A stretch of 64,000 bases of DNA from Mobula hypostoma (taxonomy: Eukaryota): NCBI RefSeq assembly GCF_963921235.1, contig NC_086118.1:20462001-20526000 (forward strand). Direction: 5' to 3'. A model generated the notes under the pieces. The model saw nothing but the letters and a program-made list of their open reading frames with translations, did no database searches and was not told the DNA's origin. Below are positions 30,301 through 40,608 of this stretch, piece by piece; position 1 is the first letter of the stretch, and each line of letters begins with the position of its first letter. Made by a program: the position numbers and the translations under genes.

Positions 30301-31029
30301 ACAAAGTTTAGTGTCTGGCAGCCATGATAACTGTTCTGTCTGTCTTGACCCCAGAAGCCTCAAAGCTTTGTGAGTATTGAATGGATATTCTCAAGAAAAC
30401 TCCCTCACACAGACAGAATAATCACTGGAATTTTACAGTGATGTTACCTGATGGTGAGTAAAGGAGACAGCATCAATATCAGAAATTACATCTGTCCAGC
30501 AAACCTTTAAGAGCACTTCTCCTCTCCACCCCCTCCCATCCAGTCCTATTTCCAGAATGAAGCAAAACTAATGACTTGGAAGAGTCATATTCTTGTGAAC
30601 AGGTTTAAGAAATGATCAAGAGCTGCTACTCTTTGCATGAAGATTTCTTCTTAATTGAGATTGTAGTTCATGTGCTGCATCTTATTTTCCCAGGGGATGT
30701 GCCCAACATTGACAAGACCATTTATTTCAAAAGGCCCTTGGAGGTGAGCTGGCCTTTGAGTGCCATAACCGTATATTTAGGTTATGACAGGACTTCAGCC
30801 CAGCAATAATCACAGAATAGCAGAATATGCTCGTGTCAAGTTAATGTATGGCTCTGAATGCTTTTGAGATGGTGATAGTCCCATTATACTAGACCAAAGT
30901 CCTGTTACTATTTTGCTGATTTCTTAAGAGAATGAGTTAATGAAATGCAGTCAGTAAACATTGGTCATGGCAGGCTGGCCAAGTGTCTGTTGTGGTATGC
31001 ACTTCTAGGAAAGTGTAGAGTAATCCTCC

Positions 31030-31900
31030 ACTCTCTCGACTGATACCTTCTAGATCATGAAAGTTTTTAGGCAGTTGGGGGATGAGTTGCACAGAATACA
31101 AATTTCTGACTGCTTTTTACATGACCAGCTGAGTTCAGTTTCAAGTCATCTTTATCCCTGAGGGTTTTGATGGTGGGGAAGACAGTAATGATTATGCTGT
31201 TGAATGCTGTGCAAGTCTTGTTGCATGTGTTACATACTGCTTCACTATTTGAGGAATTGCAAATGGAGTTGGTGACTTCCAGACACCTGCAAATGGAAGA
31301 TTGTTGGTAATGCATGTTATAGTTCAGAATTGAGATGATTTTGCTCTAACAATCTCAGACATTATTTGTTACAATTCAAGCCAATGAAATGCTTTCTCCT
31401 TGTTTTCTCATTGACCAGTTTTCTTAGGATAGCTTTGGTCTCACATGATGATGTCAAGGGCAATTGCCGTTAATTCAGCTCAGGAATTTTCATGTGTTCA
31501 TGTTTGGGCCAAGTCAATAATGAGATCTGGAATTTAGCAGCCCTAATAGAACCCAAACAGCAAGCTATAAACGAATAAAGTATCCCTCAAAAACCACCTA
31601 ATAAATGCTTTCCTTACTTGCTGAAGATTGAGCAATGACTGGGTCGATTATATTTATCCCCCTTTTGTGGATGAAAGTGCACAAATTGTTTTCTACCTTG
31701 TATAAGTGCCAGTGCTGGATGAAATTAATGTGGCTCAAAGCGCATTTGTATTTGGAACCAACATCATAAGCAATGCAGCCAGGATGTTGTTGGGATCCAT
31801 AATCTTGTTGCTTTGGGTGCCCAATGACATTTTCACTATCACATGGAGTAAATCAAACCAGACACTGCAGTAATTGGTGGGGACATTTGTAAACCCTCCC
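31030..31900 (-). mobile_element. Ancient CR1/L2-group LINE RT remnant
   Basis: Degenerate reverse-strand RT coding sequence (GPDNIP, YRPISLLS.ISK, QFGF-like stretches) at ~31480-31880. Confidence 0.45.
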
Positions 31901-33082
31901 ATTATCAGTGGTTTAATTCAAATCTGGATGTGACTAGACTGAAGGGTATTAATGTTATTTAGAGGATCACTTAACTCATCTAGCGATATTCTTTAAATGT
32001 TTAGCCTGTTATTTTCCTAATGTATTTGACAGTTATCAATAAGCCAAGATTGGTTTGTATATTAACAAAGGACTCCAGAGGACCTGTTCCTGTGTTGTTC
32101 TGCTCTATGCCAGTGTGAATATAGGACTGTGTTAATCACAATTATGTGTTATTTACTTGAGCAATCATCCGGTAATTATTTAATTTTCTAACTTTTCAGC
32201 TGCCTTTAGATCTTGAAGTAAGGATCCCCCTGTGAAGAGTAGACCCTTGACTAACAAGTCAACATGACACTGAGATGATTTGCACATGACATTTTGATCG
32301 TCTAAACGTGCCACCTATTACAGGTAATCTAAATTTCCCATTTTAAGTATTTTGTTTTGCAAAGTGAATCAAAATGTTCTTTTTTCCCAAAATGTTTTGG
32401 AAGAGTGTTCCCTTATTTAAAAGGTTTAAGGGTAGAATCAACTGGAATAGGGTGGTGGGGTATCTGGGCAACTGGGGAAAATGTGGAAGAAACCCTTTAT
32501 TTCATTCATTCTTATTGCCCTTTGGCGTTCTGTGGAACATCGATTCAAGGACAATCTAATTGCTTATGGTAAAATACAATCTATTGCAATTGAGCATTGC
32601 AACATTGAGTTAATCTGTTCTGTAGGTTATGACAGGAGAGTGCCCCTTTCAAACAACTGAATTGGCAGGTATGAGCAAAGGCAGGTGAATGGTCAATTAG
32701 CCTGGCTGAATGGCCTCTTACCTATTTAATAGCTTTAAAGGCATAAGTATTGTTTTGTGGAATTCAATGTATTTCTCTTTATATCACAGGTTGTCATCAC
32801 TTATGATGTAATAACTGAATCTCTCCAACAAGACTGTGTTTTGAGGTGCATTTTTTTACATGTCCTTAAAATCAATGTTGATGTCTTTGGCTCTGAGAAA
32901 GAGCAGTTTGATTTTGTTCATTTTATACTGCCTGCAAGCTTTATTGATAATTTAAATCTTTCAATCATAAGAAAACATTTGTATATTTTTTGATGCAGCA
33001 TGCAGTGAACTGTACAGTAAGGTAGAGCAGAAAAAGCCACAACCCTCTGTAAACTAGCTATTTTACTCCCCAAGCACAAATT

Positions 33083-33333
33083 AGCATAGCAGTTATTGTA
33101 AAGCTATTTTAGCACCAGCAGCCTAGGTTCAATTTCCACTGTTGTCTATAAGAAGTTTGTACATTCTTCCTGTGACTGTGTTGGGTTTCCACTGGGTGCT
33201 CTGATTGCCTCCCACATCCCAAATATGTATGGGTTAGTAGGTTGTAAATGTCCTGTGATTAGGCTAGGGTTAAAGGTATGTTGCAGGGAGGTGCAGTTGG
33301 TTGTGCCAGCAGAAGCTATTCCATGCTGTATCT
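33083..33333 (+). mobile_element. V-SINE (HE1-like), near complete
   Basis: tRNA-derived head with B-box-like GGTTCAATTTCC, V-domain GGGTTTCCACTGGGTGCTCTGATTGCCTCCCACATCCCAAA, and a CR1-like 3' tail (CTATTCCATGCTGTATCT). Confidence 0.7.
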
Positions 33334-34423
33334 GTCAGAGGAAGATATTTTATTATTGATATTGCGTAGAGTAATAGAAGCAGATACAATGTTTAAAAGA
33401 CATTTGGACTCTACATGGATGGGAAGATTTATGTGGGCCAAATATAGGCAAATGGGACAGCTGAGGCAACACCTTGATCAATTTGCACGAGTTGGGCTAA
33501 AAAGCATATTTCTCATTGGGGTTTGGTTTTAAACAGGTAAAATGTTGTGAACTGAATCCTATATGTATTAGCTGTTGGACAGTTTGCTGAACTTGCAGTC
33601 AAGCCCTAAGAAGTGCATTAAGTAAGCAAAACAACATTATCTAAAGTATTAAATAGAAGAATGCCCAAAAATAGCATGGAGCTAAAGCTTCAATGATAAT
33701 GCAACTATTACATCACAGTGAGCAGAAATAGTATGATTAATGCTAAATATGCTTTGCCATATTTCTTCCCGTGTAGAAAATTGCATATTGGTGCATAACT
33801 AAGAAGGATGATGCTGAGTCACATAAGAAGGGTAGTCAAGACTGCAGTCTTTTAGTTTTGAGGGGATCTATAAAAGACAGCCCCAAACTGCTATCAATTG
33901 TGTAATGAAGGGAAAGCCAAATGAGAGGCTTGGGGGCTGGTGACTGGAGATTGAAGGACTGTAGAAGTTAGGAAATAAGAGTTGAGATTGAAGGGATTTT
34001 CAATATAAGACACTGGATTTTAAATGTATTGAGGGTCTTGAGTGCTGAGAGCTAGGCCATAAGCACTGAACAGCCACTGAATATTGGGAGCAGAGCTCTG
34101 AATCAGCTTAAGCCATCTACATATTCTGACTTCAGTCCCATCCGCACTACTTCTAAATACTAGCATCTCATTAGGATTTGGTTCCTTTGCCTCCACTTTG
34201 AAGCTTTGATGATTTAATAAGTTTCAGGTCAGAAACTATCAGATTGAAGTTCATACTAATCTATTTTATGCAATCTATCCTTGAATTATCCATTGAATCT
34301 CTATCAGTTTTAAAATCTTCAAGTCCTTTTGCTCTTCCTAGTCTTCCACGATTAACTGGTTGTCTGGCTTGGATCCAAAGTGGATAATCCTGCATTTGCT
34401 CTATTAAACATTGTAGCTAATTT

Positions 34424-35025
34424 TAGATTATGAAGACACGTAGTGCTGTTTTATTGTCATTTAGTAATGCATGCATTAAGAAATGATACATCATTTCCTC
34501 CAGTGTGATATCACAGAACAGAGGACAGACCAAAACTGACAAAACCACATAATTATAACATATAGTTACAACAGTGCAACAATACCATAACTTGATGGAA
34601 GAAGTCCATGAGCACAGTAAAGCTCAAAGTTTCTCAAATGTCCCACATCTCACGCAGACAGGAGAAGGAAGAAAAACTCCCTGTCAAACCTGACCACGGT
34701 CCGACTCTGAGTCATCTGAAAACTTCGAGCTCTGAGCAGCTCTCCGACACCAAGTACTGAGTGCCATCTCTGTCCAAACGATTCGACCTCCTTCCCGATC
34801 GCCAAAAGCAGGCAAGGCTGGGGATTTTGAGGCCTACCCGCCGAAAGATTCCCGACAACACAGTAACGACAGCAGCGAACGGGCGTTTCAGAAATTTCCC
34901 CAGATGTTCCTCTGTGCTTTCACGTCCATTCCCCATCAAATCAGAATTGTCCACGGCCCCTATTTAACAGATACGATATAATTTTTCACCGGAGGGCTGC
35001 GCATACGCAAGCACGCCATCTTCTC
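34424..35025 (-). mobile_element. Unclassified ~600-bp non-autonomous retroelement-like repeat
   Basis: CpG-rich island in AT-rich context. Minus-strand 5' end GAGAAGATGGCG; 3' end ...AAATGACAATAAAA...CATAATCTA resembles Rex1/L2-type tails. No coding homology recognised. Confidence 0.55.
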
Positions 35026-36097
35026 AGTTTTCTGCCAAATAGATCAATTTCATAGTCATGAAGTCATAGTCATAGTCATACAGCCTGGAAACAGGCTGTT
35101 TGTCCCAACTCATCCATGCTGACCATGATGCCCCCTGAGCTGGTCCCATTTGCCCATGTTTGGCCATATACCTCTAAACCTTTCCCATCCATAAGTGTCT
35201 TAAATGTTATAGTACCTGTCTCTACTACCTTATCTGGCAGATTGTTTTGTATATGCATTGTCCCCTGTACAAAAGTTGTCCCACAAGACACTTTGAAATG
35301 TGTTCCTTCTCGCTTTAAAACTGTGTTCTCTAGTTTTTGGTTCTGTTTCTCTTGGGGGTGGGGGAGGGGGAAAGAAATGCCGTGCATTCAGCCTATCTGT
35401 GCCTCGCATGATCTCCCCCCCCTCCACTCAGGTCTCCTACATTCAAAGAAATGAAGTCCTTGCTTGTCCAACCTCTCATAACTCAGGCCCTTGAGTCCTG
35501 GAAATATTAAATCTTCCTTGCACTCTCTCCAGTTTCTATAACAAGGTGATCAAAACTGTACATAATGCTCTTGAATGCAGTCTCCCCAACATCTTGTACA
35601 ACTGCAACATAATCTCCAAACTCCTATACTTACTGGCCTGATCGAAGGCTAGCATTTGCCTCTAGTATTTTTGTGAACCATGTACTTTCTTTCCCACAAC
35701 ACTCCCCACTTACCATCATTTACTGTACATGTCCTATCTTGATTAGTCTTCCCAAAATAAAACACCTTGTACTTATCTGAACTGTAAGCCATTTTCCAAT
35801 CCTTAACCAATTAGCTGGTTGATCAAAATTCCTCTGTAATTTTGATCAGTTTTTTAATCACCTACGATACCACTGATTTTAGTCCCCTTAAGTTTACTAA
35901 CTGTGTCTTGTACATTCTCATACAAATCATTTATATGAACGATGAACAAAGTTCCCAGTACCTATCCTTGTGGTATACTATTAGTCTTAGACAGTGTTAG
36001 AAACAACCTTCCAGCATTATTCACTGCTTCCTACCACTGAAACAATTATGAATCCAGTTGGCATACAATCTAACCTTTCAGACTAGCGTAACACATT

Positions 36098-36234
36098 CAG
36101 TCCTGAAGAAGGGTCGCAGCCCAAAATGTTGACTGTTTACTCTTTTCCATAGATGCTGCCTGGTCTACTGAGTTCCTGCAGCAGTTTGTGTGTCGCTTTG
36201 GATTTTCAGCATCTGCAGATTTCCTCATGTTTGT
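36098..36234 (+). mobile_element. Solo Penelope terminal repeat with CpG-decayed hammerhead motif
   Basis: CAGTC-CTGAAGA-A-GGGtcgcagCCC-AAAA-TGTT-GACTG followed by the GATGCTGCCTGG...CCAGCA-type PLE terminus; homologous to 36885-37005. Confidence 0.75.
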
Positions 36235-36342
36235 TACTTATTCAGTTTGCCCGCCATTTCCTTGTCCTCTATTACTACCTCTCTAGTGGTTCAATATCTA
36301 CTGTCATCTCTTTTACATTTTATATATTTGAAGAACCTTTTG

Positions 36343-37005
36343 CCCAGTGCTTCTATATATTGGCGAGACCCGGTGCAGACTGGGAGACCGTTTCGCTGAA
36401 CGCCTACGCTCTGTCCGCCAGAGAAAGCAGGATCTCCCAGTGGCCACACATTTTAATTCCACGTCCCATTCCTTCTGACATGTCTATCCACGGCCTCCTC
36501 TACTGTAAAGATGAAGCCACACTCGGGTTGGAGGAACAACATCTTATATTCCGTCTGGGTAGCCTTCTCTAACTTCCGTTAATGCCCCACCTCCCCTCGG
36601 TACCCCATCCGTTACTAATTTATTTTTTATTATTTTTTTCCCTCTCTCCTTTTTCCCCCTCTGTCCCTCTCACTATACTCCTTGCCCATCCTCTCGGCTT
36701 CCCCCCCCCCCACCCCGCTTTCTTTCTCCCTAGGCCTCCTGTCCGATGATCCTCTCGTATCCCTTTTGCCAATCAACTTTCCAGCTCTTAACTCCATCCC
36801 TTCTCCCTCCTGTCTTCTCCTATCATTTTGGTTCTCCCCCTCCCCCTCCCACTTCCAAATCTCTTACTATCTCTTCTGTCAGTTAGTCCTGATGAAAGGT
36901 CTCAGTCCGAAACGTCGACTCCACCTCTTCCTATAGATGCTGCCTGGCACCAGCAATTTTTATGTGTTGCTTGAAATTCCAGCACCTGTAGGTTTCCTCG
37001 TGTTT
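36343..37005 (+). mobile_element. Penelope-like element 3' part: GIY-YIG endonuclease fragment plus terminal repeat
   Basis: LYIGETRCRLGDRFAERLRSVRQRKQDLPVATHFNSTSHS / DMSIHGLLYCKDEATLGLEEQHLIFRLGSL (YIGET at 36356-36370). The host CR1 reads through across the insert (GAACCTTTT|GGTATCC). Confidence 0.88.
36885..36920 (+). ncRNA. Minimal type-I hammerhead ribozyme motif (PLE-associated)
   Basis: Stem I AGTC/GACT, core CTGATGA (36889-36895), weak stem II, GAAA (36909-36912), palindromic ACGT stem III and GTC cleavage triplet (36914-36916). Confidence 0.7.
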
Positions 37006-39099
37006 GGTATCCTCTTTAATGTTATTGGCTACCTTACCTTCATATTCTGTCTTTATCTTCCTTACGACTTTTAGTTGCTTTCTGTTGATTTTGAAGAGCT
37101 TCTCAAAATTCTAACTTCCCACCAATTTTTGCTCTATTATATGCCCTCACTTTGGCTTTTATGTTGGCTTTGACTTTTCTTGTCAGCCACTGTTGCGTCA
37201 TCCTGCCTGTAGAATATTTCTTTGGGATGTATCTACCCTGTGCTTTCCAATTTCCTTCCAGAAACTCCAGCTACTGATGTTCTGCTGTCATCCCTGCTGA
37301 TGTTCCCTTACAATTAATGTTGTCCAGCTCCCCTCTCATGCCTATGTAACTCTCTTTACTTCCAGGTAATACTGATATATCTAATCTTAGCTGCTGCTTC
37401 TCAAATTGCAGAATGAATTCTATCATATTATGATCACTGACCCCTCAGTGTTCCTTTACCTTAAGCACTGTAATCAATTCTTGTCCATTGCACAACACCT
37501 AATTTGGAATAGCTGATCCCCTAGTAGCCTCATCCACAAGCTGCTCTGAAAAGCCATCTTATAGGCAATCTAGATACTCCCCCCTTGAGATGAAGCACCA
37601 ACCTGATTTTCCAAATGTACCTTCATTTTGAAGTCCTCCATGACTATCATAACATTGCCCTTTTGACATGCACTTACTATCTCCCATCGTAATTTGTAGA
37701 CCACATCCTTACTACTGTTTGAGGGTCTGTATATAACTCTAGTCGGGGTCTTTTTACCCTTACCAGTTCCTTAGTACTAACCACAACAATTCAACAACTA
37801 CCAATCCTATTTCACCTCTTTCTAATGATTTGATTTCATTTCTTACCAACAGAGTGACACTACCTGCCTGTCCTTTTGATACAATGTGTATCCTTGGACA
37901 TTAAGCTCCCAGCTATAATCTTTCAGCCATGATTCAGTGATGCTCACAATGTCATACGTGCCTATCTGTACTTCAAGTTCATCTATCTTATTCCATGTAC
38001 TGCATGCATTCAGATATAACTCCTTCAGTCCTGTATTCATCCTTTTCAATGTTGTCCACTTTTTACGTTGCAACTCATCCTGTTGACTGCAATTTTGCCC
38101 TACGATCAGCCGCTCCTTGATAACCCTATTATTACACTCTGCCTCTGTTTGTAAACCAACTACCTCATCCTCAGCACTATCACTCTGGTTCCTATCCCCC
38201 GCCAAATTAGTTTAGACACTCCTGAACAGCTCTAATGAACCTCCCCGCAAGGTAATCAGTCACCCTCAGATTCAGGTGTCCTATCCCTTTTGTACCGTTT
38301 GTACCTTCCCCTGAAGAGAACTCAATGATCTATAAATCTTAACCCCTGCACCACTTCTTCAGCCACACATTCATCTGCCAAATCATCCTATTCTTATCTT
38401 CACTGTTGCATGGCGTAGGCAGCAATCCAGAGGTTACTACCCTGGAGGTCCTGTTTTTTTTTTAGCTTTCTACCAGGAATCTCTGTCCAGGACTACTTCA
38501 CCTTTCATTGATGCCAATATGTTCCAATCTGGCTTATTGGCCTGTAGTCTTTGCTGCACTTACATAGTACTTTATATTGATGCCTTTATATGGAAAATGT
38601 TTTGAACATTCTGTGTCTGGTAGGTCTCCTATGACTGCCATTTGCCATACTCCTCCAATCAGTAAAGATTCCTTCTACCTATTCTTCTTACCATCTGCCA
38701 GCCAGATATCCCATGTAAGTTCCTTCTATATACTAGTTAAATGTTGGTCTGTGAAGACAACATTTATGAGAATCTTCTTTATCCATAATGCAAATGATTT
38801 TTAGTAAATTCATTTTTGGACTTTTAGGCAAATCCATCTCATTTGTGTGACAGTTATTTTGGCAATTAGTACATTGCTGACCTGAAATGAGCTGAGCAGT
38901 TTAAAAATATTAAAGATGGAAGCTACCTGTAGAATAACATATGGAGGTGCAATAGAGGTCAAATATACAAGTTTGCTTCAACACGATATGGGCTATGGAG
39001 GAAATGGTATAAGCAGCATAGAGTTTGAGATGGGGGGTGGGGTTACAGTTATATAATAACCTAACTTCTCAGTAACACCTAGTGATAGGTCATCCAGGA

Positions 39100-40608
39100 C
39101 TGGATGTTGAAAAGTGTTTCTGTCAAGTTTGCTAATGATATGAAGTCAACAGTCTTTATGAGGTACAATGATGATGCAGAGGGGCTTCAGCAGGAGTCAA
39201 GATAGGCTAAGTGAATGGGTAGGGACATTGTATATAGAATATAATATAGGGAAAATGTGGTCATACCCTTCAAATAGAAAACAGTGATTTTTTTTTTAAA
39301 TGGAGAGTTTGCAAGATGCTGGTGTTAAGAAGGACCTTGGTGTGGTTGTTCATTTCAATGCTCAGAGTATTATAGGAAAGGAGGATGACTTTAGAGTGGA
39401 TCATTACATGGTCTTATAATATTGCTACCATTACAGTGACCTAGTTGTGTGAGGGACTTGGAAGCTCAATATTCCCAGGTTTTGCTGTTTTAGATCTTAT
39501 TGTGGGAGGTGGGTTGTAAAAGAAGTAGAGGGGATGCAATACCAATAATGGAGGATGTCACATCAGTACTTAGAGGACACACTGAAAGGTTCATCCATGA
39601 GGTGGCTTGGGTGGAGCTCCAAAATAAGGGTGCAATGATGATGGGATTATACTATAGGCACCTCAATAGTCACCAAAAGGTGGAAGAACAGATGTAGACA
39701 GATAGTAGAAAGTTGCAAGAACTATGCATGTTTGTCATAGTAAGGGGTTTTTACCTCCCCAATATAAGAGACTTAAGTGAGGTGGGATTTCTACAGCCAA
39801 CAGGGACTCTTGAAGCAGTATGTACAGAGTCCAACTGGAGGAGAAAACATACTGAACCTGGCTTTGGGAAATAAGCTTAGACGTGTGACAAATTTGACAG
39901 TGGATAAACATTTTGAGAATAGTAACCACAACTCATGCTTTAAGATAGTTATGAGTAAGGAGGAGACAAGAGTGTTGATTAAGAGCAGCTGTTGTCATAT
40001 AGGTCCATGTCTCACACGTGAGAGATGCTTAAAGACCAGCTGATCAGAGTTCAGGATCTGTATGTTCCAAAAAGGAGCAAGGACAAGGTAGGGGAACTTT
40101 GGATAACCTGAGAGGTCTTAATTTTAGTCAGGAAAGAAAAGGAAGCATACATAAGCCATAGGAAGCTAAAATACGATTGGGTCTTTTTGGAACATAAACA
40201 TAGCAGAAAGGTGCTGAAGCAGGTGATTAGGAAGGCCAAAATGGGTCCATGAAATGTACTTGATAAGCAGGATCAAGGAGAATCCCAAATTATTTTAAAC
40301 TTGTGTTAAGCAAAAGATAGCTAAAGTAGGTCCACTCAATGATAAAGAGGAGAACTTGCACTTGGTGTCAGAGCAAGTGGCTGAGGTATTAAATAGCTAA
40401 ATATTTTGTGTCAGTACTTGCCAAAGATAAGGATTGGAGGATATTGAAGGCAGAGTGGGCTGGCTAATGTGCTGGGACAGTTTGAGATTGTCATGGTCTT
40501 CTGCAAGACATGAAGGTGAATAGTTCCCCAGGCCCTGATAGCATTTATCCCAGAATATTGAAAGAAGCAAGAAAGATTGCTTTGACAAAAATCTTTGTTT
40601 CCTCACTT
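39100..40608 (+). mobile_element. Old CR1 LINE fragments (host of the 40609-45520 insertion), left part
   Basis: Degenerate APE and RT remnants (WVELQNKG.MMMGLYYR, LKQYVQSPTGGENILNLALGN, SPGPD.IYPRILKEA) ending at ...IFVSSL. Confidence 0.7.

Larger units (their letters stand above)
35051..38520 (-). mobile_element. Decayed CR1 LINE(s) spanning the 3' tail to ORF1 esterase remnants, interrupted by two Penelope inserts
   Basis: (ATGACT)n tail at ~35051-35080 and RT remnants at 35400-36090. APE fragment YLNACSTWNKIDELEVQIGTYDIVSITESWL (ORF 37843-38205). Esterase-region remnants (SRVVTSGLLPTP) near 38400-38450. Confidence 0.75.

Noticed and set aside
32308..32325. Second CTCF-like motif GTGCCACCTATTAC
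   Set aside because: Only half of the core matches; the CCAS end is absent.
33680..34140. Possible very old L2-like fragment
   Set aside because: Purine-skewed and vaguely LINE-like, but I could not read any diagnostic motif.
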